This document shows, in pieces, positions 35,401-49,086 of a stretch of DNA of 53,155 bases. The stretch lies in the NCBI RefSeq assembly GCF_001186125.1, contig NW_014040466.1, positions 44,646 through 97,800 on the forward strand, read 5' to 3'. Every line of letters begins with the position of its first letter. Position 1 is the stretch's first letter. The stretch is from Sphaeroforma arctica JP610. Taxonomy: Eukaryota. A model generated the notes under the pieces. The model ran no database searches. It worked only from the letters and a program-made list of their open reading frames with translations, and was not told the origin of the DNA. Made by a program: the position numbers and the translations under genes.

Positions 35401-38400
35401 ATATTGTACCAGCCGTCAACTGTGCTCAAATTGAGATATGTGCATCTGAACTCGTTTAGACGTGTGAACGGAATCGAAAAACGTCTTTCATGCACACAAT
35501 TATAAATATGTAGTTACGTATTTATGTGAATAAATACCCTTTACTTCAGCTGCTGACATACATGCTTTGTGTGTGTACTTCTAGAGTATCATGTACAGAG
35601 TAATACATCACATGCAAGTAATCGCAAATCCAATTAACGTAATTTGATTGGGCCCATCATCTTTATAGCCATTGCGACCGTTCTTAATTGTGTATGGGAA
35701 GGGACCTATGCATGCCGATAGTTCAAACCTCTCAATTCATTCGGTTTGCAGGCGCCATAGTATAATTTCTTAGCTTGGGACAAGTGGGTTATAACATTAT
35801 AGGCTGTGTAACAGTCAGCTTTATTTCACCTCATGCTAAGTCAATAACACTTGTACATAGAAATTGCAGCTATGTAGCGAACTGTCGTATGTCCCCTCGT
35901 TACTATGCCAACCACTCACTTCCAAGTCCAGGTGTGTATAGCAATATAAGCTATGCATGTATCTGTCAGTCTTATGCCACCTCAGGATGAGTCAATAACA
36001 CTTGCACACAAGGATTACAGCTATATAGTTCCTGAACTGTCGTATGTCACCTTATTACTATGTCAACCACACCTTTCCATGCCATCAGGTATCTACAAAC
36101 CCACATCTGTATGTCACTTCATTACCATGGCAACGACACCTTTCCATGCCATCAGGTATCTACAAACCCACATCTGTATGTCACCTCATTACCATGGCAA
36201 CCACACCTTTCCATGCCATCAGGTATCTACAAACCCACATCTGTATGTCACCTCATTACCATGGCAACCACACCTTCCCATGCCGTCAGATATCTACAAA
36301 CCCACATCTGTATGTCACCTCATTACCATGGCAACCACACCTTCCCATGGCATCAGATATCTACAAACCCACATCTGTATGTCACCTCATTACCATGGCA
36401 ACCACACCTTTCCATGCCATTAGGTATCTACAAACCCACATCTGTATGTCACCTCATTACCATGGCAACCACACCTTTCCATGCCATCAGGTATCTACGA
36501 ACCCACATCTGGCAGCGCCTTCATCAACGGATACAACATCCGCACAGACATCGATGAATGCCGACGCGTGCTGGGGCTCTGTCCACAAGTCAACACGTTA
36601 TTTTCAGGTACATATGCTGTTTATACTTCGATTGTGTTATTTTCAGATACATATGCTGTTTATACTTCGATTGTGTTATTTTCAGGTACATATGCTGTTT
36701 ATACATCGATTGTGTTATTTTCAGGTACATATGCTGTCTATACATCGATTGTTTTATTTCTAGGTGCATATGCTGTTTATACTTCAATTGTGTTATTTTC
36801 AGGTATATATGCTGTTTATACTTCGATTGTGTTGTTTGAGGGTACATACATACTGTTTATACTTCATTTTATTATCTGCAGGAGCATACATACTGTTTAT
36901 GCCTCGATTATGTTAACTTCCTATGTGGTATTTATGTGTATAGACATACTGTTTATACTTCGATTGTATTATCTGCAGGAACATACATACTGTTTATACC
37001 TCGATTGTGTTGTGTGCAGGTACATACATACGACTTAAACCTCGAATGTGTGTACTCAATTGTTGTTTTTAACCAATATGGCATCGAAATAAAATGTTAA
37101 TGTTGAATTGGTTTCTGCCAGAAGCCCGTCCCCGATCTTGCTTATGTTGTTTTGAGAGAGAGAAACCCAAAAAGATTTCATATACCGCTCCTATCCGTTT
37201 CCAGAAATTATCCGCGATCGAATCCAAACCCCTACAACCCCTACAACCCCTTTAAAAACCCCCTAAACCCTAAACCAGTTCCAAATCACACCACTCTTCA
37301 TCGAATATATCCCTCACAGGCTTGACAGTTGCTGAGCAGCTAGACTTCTTTGGCACCCTCAAGGGCATTCCCAAGTCCGACATCACGCGAGAGATTGATG
37401 TCATGTTGGAGGATCTGGCTATGGACGAGAAGCGCGACTACTTCCCCAGTGGACTCAGCGGCGGCATGAAGCGCAAGCTCTGCGTGGGCATCGCATTTAT
37501 GGGTGGTTCTAAGGTGGGTGTTTGTGAGTATCGTCGCATGGGTTGTTCTAAGGTGGGTGTTTTGTGATGCTGGATGTGTGCCTGGGGATAGTTAGTGTGT
37601 ACACCAGGGTTAGTATGTACACTTAACTGACCCGTGGTTGAAAATAGCTTTAACCTGGTGAGTATCGTCGCATGGGTTGTTTTAAAGTGCGTGGTTTGTG
37701 TTTGTGTTATCTGACGTGTGTGAGCATGTATGTATAGCACTTGTGTTGATCCGTACAAACCTCAATGTTAGTATACATACTGTCAAGAGCGGCATAGTAC
37801 GCATTCACCTTTTGAGATTTCCTTGGGAGTGTTTGGGGGAGGCGTGTGTGTGTCATAGTTTGCTCGATTATTATGTTATTGTCTGTCGGCAGATCTTACT
37901 TAGTGTGGTGTGGACTATCGAATATTTGTGATCCGTATCAGCACCAGCTTTTGGGTCAGAATTTAGGGTTTAGGGTTGGCGCTTGCAAACTGCTGACACT
38001 TCATCCACCAGCAGTGTTTGCATCATGGGCATAGTTCGTGTCTCATGCATGGCTTTACCAAATGGTGACCTAAAATCCTATACCCCTAAAACCTTAAACC
38101 CTAAACCCAAAAAGCATGGTGCTGTACTCTATAGTACGCTTCACCCCCTACGGTGCACCCCTACAGCGGGATTGATCACAGCCTCATGATATACTTTCAT
38201 TAGTGATCGAAACTAGTGGATCGATCTACGTTGCTACATATGACTAGCATCTGCTTGTATTTAACAGACTTGCGCTTGAATATACAGCAAATACTGCAGT
38301 GTAAGTAACTAGTTTCTACATACGAGTGTGCGAGTAATATTATGTGGTAAAAAAAAATCTTACTATAGCTATAGACACGGGGGATCTGATCACGAAGTCT

Positions 38401-41400
38401 CTTATTAGATCGTAGTATTCACATCGGCTTTAGTTGCCGATATTTAACCTACGATATTCAAGCGAAAAACTAAGCAATTCATGTACGATATATACATAGT
38501 ATACGACACACAATATACGACATAAAACTTATTACAACATTTGCCTTGAAGGTAGTATTCCTGGACGAGCCCACCAGTGGTATGGATCCGCAAGCGCGAC
38601 GGTCCACGTGGGATCTGATCACAAAGTTTAAGAAGTCGCGTACTATTCTGTTGACCACGCACTTCCTGGACGAGGCCGATATTCTGGGCGATAGAGTGGC
38701 CATTATGAGCGAAGGCAAGGTCAAGGCTTGCGGAACGCCTTTGTTTCTGAAGGTACGGTGTGGCTAGTAAAAAGGAATATAAATATTTATATATTTATAT
38801 ATATGTATGTGTGTGTGTGTGTGTATGTATATATCTATATATATTGTATATTATAAATATATATATATATATATAGAATGGCCAATTGCCAGCCCCAGGT
38901 ATTGTTGCCCTTGTGTCGAGTGTCCAGACACACAATACCGCCGTATTTGGCATAAGATTGCCTCATCGTATAATTGCTGTAGAATAAGCCATTTAAGGTT
39001 TCCGTCACTTGGATAGATATACATACATATATATATATATATGCATATATAAGCAAATATGTAGACCAGGTGACGGGAACCTTAAAAGGCTTATTCTACA
39101 GCNNNNNNNNNNNNNNNNNNNNGCATATATAAGCAAATATGTAGACCAGGTGACGGGAACCTTAAAAGGCTTATTCTACAGCAATTATACGATGAGGCAA
39201 TCTTATGCCAAATACGGCGGTATTGCGTGTCTGGACACTCGACATAAGGGCAACAATACCTGGGGCTGGCAATTGGCCATTCTATTCACACACATATATA
39301 TATATATACATATATTATATTGTATAGTATATATTGTATATGTGCGCGTGTGGCAATAGCAATCTAGTGATGCACAAGTAGCTGTACATAGCAGTATCGT
39401 ACCGGGGCCCTACACGGGTCATGCGTCGCGGCGGATGGAATTTATGAAACTATCCATGCATGGCCTACGTTTTCTGTGTATATCTCACCGATACAGTTCG
39501 ATATACCACGGCACTAGATGTCAAGTCATTCAACTGCTTACGCTGACTATCTATATATCACTCCTTGCACTTTCTTTTATTTTTATCTTGCAGGCACAGT
39601 ATGGTATTGGGTATCAAATGGTCCTGGCCAAAGGACCGAACTGTCAGGAGAAGGCCATAACTGAAGTGCTGGAGAAGCATGTGAACGTTGTGTTATTGAA
39701 TAATATTGGTGCAGAGCTTAGCTACCAATTGCCTCAGACGGAGATGGACAAGTTTGTACCAATGTTCCAAGAGTTGGAGCAGAGACTGCAGGAGCTTGAC
39801 ATACAGTCGTACGGGGTATGCAGCCAGTGACACACGCATGAATGATCCTTGAGTGTGTATGTATATGTTACTTTGTATATTACAAATAAAAATATACACA
39901 CATGTATACATAGCACGATCTGTCGTACTTGTTTGGATGTACACTACGACAACATCCTTTTCTGTATGCGCTACAAAGCTACGAAACTATCGATATCGTG
40001 AATGTTCGTCTCTTACACAACGTATCTCTAGAGATACGAAAAGGAATTGGGTTGGCGACTTCGCTTTCCTTCCACCAAATATGTAAACGCTAAACACGAA
40101 ACTGTCTATAGAGCTACGAAAAGGACAACTCTTCGTTCATCTTGCCGGCTACCTAGTGACGAATGCTTGATTGTGTGACGTATCGTTTACTGTTTACAGG
40201 TGTCTTGCACTACACTCGAAGAAGTCTTTCTGAAAGTCGGCGAGATGGAGCACGATGATGAAGGCGAGGCCGACGACAAAGACTCGGATAGCAATGACTT
40301 GTATAACAAGTATGTAGACAGATACACAGCTACCAGTACACGCGTGCATGCATATGTGCAATCGTGGTTGCAGGGACATGAATAGCAATGCCATACTCAG
40401 CAAGTATCGATACAGTTACCAGCACAAATATGTATACATGCATGCAGTTTCAATGGTAGATGTGAGTGTGTGTATGTTTGGATATATATATGTGTGTGTG
40501 TGTGTGTAAGATGAGTAAATGTTGTTTCTTATTAGATCACTTTCAACTATTACACTCTGATTGTGCAGATAGGCTGCCCATCAGACATGCATACCATCGC
40601 TTATGATTGCTCAAGCGCACTCAGGTACACTTTAAAAACGTATATTTACTACATATTCCTATGAAGAGCGTTTCGTATCATATATGTTTATATTATATGT
40701 ATATGTATGTAGGTATATATATGTGTGTCTGTGTGTGTGTGTGTGAACTGATAAATCTTTTCCTTCTCATCCATCCTTTCTATTTTACTGCCTGCAGAGA
40801 TGGCGCATCGAGCACTTTGATGTCCGAAGTTGGTGTCGATGTGAGTAGTGTCGATGGTAAGTTCCAAGTCCTGACTGGCTGCCACTGGTTGGTATATGGG
40901 TTGGCACTCATACAGGCATCTCGTCCGTAGTCAAACACGCATATTTGTTGTATGTATATGTATATGTATATATATATATCATACGCACACGCACACACAC
41001 AGAGAACTGTACGTGTACAAACGTAGATACAGATTATACACACCCGCAGACGTAGATACAGATTATACACACCCGCAGACGTAGATACAGATTATACACA
41101 CCCGCAGACGTAGATACAGATTATACACACCCGCAGACGTAGATTGCTACATCTCTCGTTCAAATTAGCTAAACACTAACCACCTAAAATTCTAAAATCC
41201 TGCATCGGGTTGGGTGAAAGTGGTAACGTAATGCGTAAGTGTGATTGCGCGCTTTCGCTCCGCTTGTCTATTCCACGGACAAGTGCGGTTGTAATGTTTT
41301 AGGGTTTTGAACGTTTGGCCGATTTAGGCTCAAAGGTCCAGTAGTGTGCAAGCATGCACCAAACTTCCAATGAAACACACTCTCGCAGCATCCCATTCAC

Positions 41401-44400
41401 AGACCGCAATCGTATGTACTATGTATGTGTGCGTATGTATCATGTATCATGTATATGTATGTATTTGTGTATATGATGTAAACAGTATGTCATATGTGTG
41501 AGTACATGTATATAAAGCTCTCATAGTACACATAATACATCCGAAGAACTTCACTCACGCCATACTATGTTATGGCATATCATGCAGGATCGCGTGAATG
41601 CATGAACAAACTTACGTATGTGTCGCAGCTAACGTGCATATACGCGTATATCACATCTCATGGCAAGCAGGAGGCGATGATTTCGAAAATAGATATCTGA
41701 TGTCACCAGGCTATGCACTGGCATGGCAGCGAATTAAAGCACTCCTCGTCAAGCGATATATTAACGCCAGTAGAGATTGGAAGGTGGGTGTTTAATTAGA
41801 GACGTGCGCACAGTATATGATATGCAGATATATATATTTATATGTATGTATATATATTTTTATATTTATATATATATACATATATATTTATATATATATA
41901 CATATATATTTATATTTTTATGTATATAATGTATATATATATATATATATATATCTCTCTATATATATACATATATATATATATGTGTGTGTGTAGATGT
42001 ATATATATGGATATATATATATATCGGTGGATTTATTTGGTGTGTTATGATACTCTCGCTTGTATCGCACATGTGAGACAATGTCTTTCCTTCCCACGAG
42101 CATAGACTTGTATCACAGCGGAATCTTCACACAAATGAGTAGATGTTAAATAAACCGATGTGTAAGCATCTGGGCACTACTATGTGGCAATGTATACCAT
42201 TTTGTGAAACGAGTGCGTGGGTTAGGCTGGTGCAGTGATGGATATGTGGCGATGTATAACATTTTGTGAATACAAGGGCGTAGGTTTGGTCTGTCAGGCT
42301 AGACGAACACGTACTCTTGTACGCACTAAGTATAGTTCAGTGTTTCGGCTACATGCTTTGTCCTTTTTCTTAGACCTACCTATATCTCTACCTATCCTCA
42401 GAAATGGTCATATATCATATAAGCCCTATGTATACACTATACACCTCCTTGTACAGGTTGGACTGGCCCAGTTGATGGTGCCTGTAGCCTTCTGCCTGTT
42501 GGCGTTGTGTTTGGGTAAGTTCGCACCTAACCCGTCTGACAGAGATTGGACTCCGATGAGAGTACTCACCTCTGACATGTACTTCGATCCCGCTGTACCC
42601 CAGGTATATATACACGTGTGTATGTAGCTTCTCCTGTGGAGGGTATATATACGTGTGCGTGTAGCTTCTCCTGTGGAGGGTATATATACAACGTGTGTAT
42701 GTAGCTTCTCCTGTGGAAGGTATATATACGTGTGCGTGTAGCTTCTCCTGTGGACGGTATATATACAACGTGTGCATGTAGCTTCTCCTGTAGACGGTAT
42801 ATATACAACGTGTGCATGTAGCTTCTCCTGTGGAGCGGTGCTAGTAACCGTGTATGTGCCTGTGCATGGATGTGACTTGTAACCCAGAATGTGCTATGTG
42901 GTACATATTTCAAGCTGACTGGACTGTGTTGTCTATTACAGCGTAACTAAACTGCCCCATTTGGCACATACAGTGTTTCAACTGGGGCGTGTGTCTAGAG
43001 ATGTAGGGTTTGAAAACCCCATAACCCTAAAACATAGTAGATATCAAAAGTAGTTCAGTTGGCACATACACAGTATAGTAGCCGGAATGTACCGTACATT
43101 ACATATACGTTTTAGTATTTAGACATGTATTGTTGGACACACGTATACCGTGCATTGACTTATGTATGTCATCCATTACGTACACGTCTTAGCAATCAAA
43201 AATATTCACTGGGTATACGTATGCAATCAGTGACTATAGTATGTTGTCAATTCGTATACGCTTTAGTATTCAAACGTGTAGAATTGGGCGCATTTACATT
43301 ATATTGTGACTGAAATTATTATCCATTACGTAAACGCAGTACGTAGATCAATCAGTGCCGGATGTGGGAACGGTTGAGTCATGGAAGACGGTCATACCAT
43401 TGGTGGAGTTTGGATTAGACATAAATCCCAGCACAGATATGCTGAACTACCTACTCAACATGCAACGCACTGTGGGCCAGGAGTTTCTGGAGACAAATCT
43501 GGGAGCCTTTAGGTACGACTGAGATATTATATATATACTATACATATTATATATATATATACGAAAATTGATACATATATACATATGCAAATATATATAT
43601 ACATATATACAAATTTATTACAATTATTAGATAGATATAGACAGATACTCATATACATAAATATGTACAAATTAAGGATTGTTGAGATTTGGAGTTTTTA
43701 GGGTTATATAGTTGTCAAGTATTGTATTCTCGACCCTTATTGGTGATGTTTTATTACTCGTGCTGAATGTTCTGTTTATGTGTGTGTGGTCACATGCGTC
43801 TGAGGTGTGGTAGTATCCGCTTAAATACGGAGGTGACGATGCAGTTGCTTCATGGTATAACGTAAGCATATATACAGTTTTGTGTTATTGACTTGACTTC
43901 CACAACCAATTAGTAACTTGTATATATGTATATATATATATATATATTGTAATATGGGTGTGGTCCACAGATAGTAGTGAGCTTGAAGGCTCGTGTGCAG
44001 AACTGAATAGTGTCTGATGCATGCTTGATGGTTCGGGTGTATTAGGGGTGATTTTTTTAGAGTGATGGAGGCATGGAGAAATGTTGCGCGCCTTATGATA
44101 TTGGTTTATGCCTACAGCTGATTTGATAAGCGTAGACCAATAGAAGAAGAGCATAACACATTTAGTAGTGTAGTGTAATAGTATGATGGAATACATGGCG
44201 AGAAAGGAGATGTTGCGTCGGTGACCAGAGGGTCTGACGGCAGGCAATGTCTAGCTATAGGTATATATGTCAAGGTTGTGGGATGATCAGTCCTCACAAC
44301 CTTGTAAGCTATTACACTACTTTGATCCTATAAAGTACAAACGTTGTTTCACTCTAAACCGTTCGTGAACTAAATTAGTTACTCACAATCACCCCTCATA

Positions 44401-47400
44401 CACCCGAACCATCAAGCATGCATCAGACACAATTCAGTTCTGCACACGAGCCTTCAAGCTCACTACTATCTGTGGACCACACCCATATTGCAATATATAT
44501 TTATTTATATATAGATTTATATATTATATTATAATATAAATATATATATATGTGTGTGTGTGTGTATACATATACATATATAGATATATATATTATATGT
44601 ATATCTATATATATACATATCATATTCACTATCACACCCGAACACGAATCGGCTCTTGTTTACTATCTCACGCATATAGTATGGTGAATGAGACAGTCAG
44701 CGATGTGTTGAACGCCAATGTCAGTACGTGGATCAGTGGAGAAAGCACCCACAGTTTGGGTAAGTAGATCCACTACAGTTGTGGTGGATAGACGACAGTT
44801 GTGTTATAGGTATATCTGTCCATATATGTTGACACCAATAGCTTATGAATGCTCACTCATAGGCGATATAGATTATATTTTAAGCATGTGCAAGTGCAGG
44901 CCTTCTCGTGCGGCTGTGAAGTGGCGCTTAAGCGCAAGTGTAAGGTGGAGCTGTATGCCTACACGCATGTGTGCGCCTGCATAGGGCAACCTCGTAGGAA
45001 CAAGTACACCCGCGAGTGTACCTATCGCACTCGTGACCAAAACATTTCTTTGTCAAAACGGCAATTGTACCGAACTTCCAATATCCGTGTCTGTACAGGT
45101 GTGTATGTGGGCCAACTGGTAGAGTCTCTGGTGCGCAGCGGACTGCCAGACCCCACTCAAGAGTTCAACATGCAGTTCGCTATAGATCCGCTGCCTCGAG
45201 ATGCGCAAAAAGGTAGGTATATTTGCAGCAAGAATTAGTATACTCGTAGACAGGTAGTTTAATATCATTGTGGTGATAGCTGCAGATGACCCTTCAACGT
45301 ATATTGCGCACATTGCGAACACATCTCGCCAGTGCTTTTCCATTGACTAGTATGGCTGTGTTCGTTTAACCTCGTGGAATCCAATGGCGACAACAAGAAC
45401 ATGGATCTTCCTAAAACCCTAGAACCCTAAAACCGTCAATACCTATCTTTGCCTCTGCCTCTCCTGAAAGTCACGTAGCGACTTGCTTTACTTAACATAC
45501 ATATACCGACAGGTGCAAGCGTAAACATACACGTACATGCATGCTGAAATAGTACACACAGCCCCGGCAGCAGCTATCCAATACATCTTCCTTGAATCTG
45601 CGTGGATCTCGCTTTGTGCAACACCGGTAACATAGCTATATGATACCCTAAACCCAATACTCTACGCCACTTTTCCGCCTGCTTCTCGGTCGCGCATAGT
45701 GTGACTGAGGCAAAGCGTACTATATCAACAAACGCTTTTAGTTAAAGCGCCTATGCCCTAAATCTTAAAATGCTTTGCCCTTTTGTTGACCTCTTCCTCT
45801 GGTACTTTCCGAACACTTGCAGAGGCGTACGATTCTGTGGCCATAGACAATTCAGCGTTCAACATAGCCTTCTTCACACTCTTCGGTATCGTGTGCTCCA
45901 CTTGTTGTATTATGATCTTTGTGGTCAACGAGCGAGTCAGCAATTCGAAGAATATCCAATTCATCAGCGGCGTCACACCATTGCAATACTGGAGCACGGC
46001 GTAAGTGTGCACTGTCTTGTCGTACATGCATGCGCACACACTATATATATATATATATAGTGCGAGTGTGTGCATCTATATATATGCATATATGTATGTA
46101 TGTATGTTTATAGATATATATGTGTATTTATTTATATATATATGTGTATTTATTTATATATATATGTGTGTGTGTATGTATGTATATATGTATGTAAATG
46201 TACATATGTATGTATGTGTTTTGTCATATATGTAAATCTATATATATATTTACACGCATAACTTCAATACATCCTGTAAGTAAGTTCTGTTCATACACAC
46301 ACATCCTTTCAGTGATTAAGTTAGAATCGGCACTCTGACCAAGTCTACTTCTTGATCTAGCTCATTTCACACATGTCGCTTTCTACACCTGAATGCCGTT
46401 GTTTTCCTGATTGTGTTGCCTTATTTTGCCATTTCCCATCCACTTTACATTCAGCTTTGCCTGGGATTTCACTCTGACCTTGATCCCCAATTTGCTAATC
46501 CTGGCTTTGTTCGCCGCCTTTCAGATCGAGGCTTACACAACGGTATGTGTACACACACAGATAAGCACACGATGTTTGTTTTTTCATATTTATATACGTT
46601 GTACGCATATCGGTATGTGAACGTACTCTGATAGCGCATGAAGTTTTGTTTTGTTTTTTCATATTTAGAGCTTTGAGTGTACAAGCTCGTCTGTCAGCTT
46701 AAGGTCTACATCACGCTATGAGCACATACTCAGATAAGTGCATGATGTTCGTTTGTTCATGTTTAAAGCTTGGTATGATGTACACGGACCCCGACTTATG
46801 TAGTAGTCTTATCAAAATCGACCAGACAAACACGGCTCACATCAGTCAGTCGGTCTATTTATACTAGAAACTACGTTTCATTGTCTAACCTATGAGCCAT
46901 TTTCCTGATTGGAATAGCATATATTTTACATATACGCGTATGCTTCATATTCGTCTGTACCACTGCCGTGAGACGCAGTCACTCTGTGCAATGTTATAAC
47001 AGATACAGGTCTCTAGCACACTATCTGACAGAGGCGTGTGCCAACACATCCCTTTGAATAGGATGCGTATATGTACAAGGATATACTATTAATGACGGTT
47101 CACTAGACTTGTACTTGTTCACGGTTCTTTTGGTGTATGTATACATGTACCGATAGGTTGTGTACGCCTACGAATCTCAACTGTGGCCTGATTTGATTGG
47201 TATAATTATATATGTATATATATATATATATATGAATGTATGTATATATATATATATATGAATGTATGTATATATGTATGTATGTATTTGTGTATATGTT
47301 ATAGTATATATTGTAGTATGTATATATATATATATATATATTATTGTATACTTGTACTGAAATGTGTAATTATACCAATGCATACGTGCACTGATAGGGG

Positions 47401-49055
47401 TACAATCTACTGGCCATCTTCTTGCTGATCCAACTGTATGCGTGGGGTTTCATTCCGTTGATGTACATGGTGTCCATGGCTTTTGACTCGGCCGCCACCG
47501 CTGTGAGGTGAGTGTGTCAGTATTCTGCGGATATTATCGCATTGCAATAGGGGAGCAGGCATGTGCATGATAAGCTTAGACAATGGAAGGAACGTGTGTT
47601 GTTTTTGGTGCGGTGACGGAATCGGGTAGTCCATATTTTGTCATACTGTATGTTGGTTTTATGTGCATGGGCAGGTTAGTGTAGTTAGAGCACAGGGGGA
47701 TTTGATAGTATCTCAAAGGGTACGTTTATTAACATGTGTACGCTCACAATGGAACCGGTACTCCTCAGTCATATCGTCGTAGAGCAAAGAAATCAGAACT
47801 ATCTTGATATCGTCTTGGTATTAGCCTATGCATACTTGTTTAGCATATATTCAAGACACTGTGCTTCGCTTGAGATTTATATATATATAATTCTATAATT
47901 CTATAATTATAAATATATTTATTATGACACTCTGCCTTTTATGAGCGGACTTCTTACTCTGTGCACTTTTGGCAGTTGCGGCATCATCCTCAACTACATC
48001 ACTGGTCTGGCCACAATGATCGCCTGCGACGTGTTGCGCAATCTCGGTAAGTTGTTGACTAATCAATCCCATAGGTTATATAAATGCACTTGGTTAATAA
48101 CATACACAAATGCAGCTGTTACTATGATACACGTATCCAACTAATATATTGTACACGGATATGTTGTCAATACCTGTCCTACACAGTTGCAGTTTCATGT
48201 CCAGGGTGTGCACAGGCACAGGCGCATGAACTACCTGTGCTAGCACTAAGGAATGAGTATATATGTACATGCATCATGTATGTTTGTATCGTGTATGCAT
48301 GTATCGTGTATGTATGTATCGTGTATGCATATATCATGTATGTATGTATCATGTATGTATGTATCATATATGTATGTATCTTTAACTATCGTGTATGTAT
48401 GTAGCGTGTATGTATGCATCATGTATGTATACATCATGTATGTATGCATCATGTAATGTATATATCTTTCATCTATATCAATGAGTAGCATATCATATGT
48501 ACCATATATGTATATATCATGTATGTAAGCTCCATAGTACCCCTCTCACAATCACATCATCACCATTTCTCCATCGCCATGCACGCATACGCAGGCTTAA
48601 CGGCGTCGTCGACCGATGACACAGACTATTTCTTTATCGGCACAATGATCTACTATGTGTCACTGATCTTCCCCAACTTCTGTCTGGGCATTGGGCTCAT
48701 GGACCTGTACAAGAATTGGCAGTTGATGGACGTGTGCGTGGTGAGTACCGGGGAGTGGTGGTGTTTGGGTGTGTGTATAGATGCTGGATGAGTGAGTGAT
48801 TTTGAACATCCCCGTATTCGGACATTAGGGGTGAGATATATAGCTAGAATGTAGTATTGAGTTTGCATTTATTACACATGCATTACATTTATGTCCATCT
48901 TATGTGTGTGTTGAGCAGTGATATTCTTGACACCTTTGTATGCTCCCTACTATATGGTATATATATACGTATACATATATGTTTATATTTATATATATAT
49001 ATATATATAGTGTGTGTATGTGTGTGTGTGTTTAATATATATATATATATGTATG

Positions 49056-49086
<31 letters not shown>

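Noticed and set aside
35953..37038. Long repetitive ORFs (239, 185, 165 and 156 aa) as separate genes
   Set aside because: They are read-throughs of the 67-bp and 39-bp intronic arrays around ABCA exon 13.
39042..39183. Direct duplication on both sides of the N gap
   Set aside because: Most likely overlapping contig ends at a scaffold gap.
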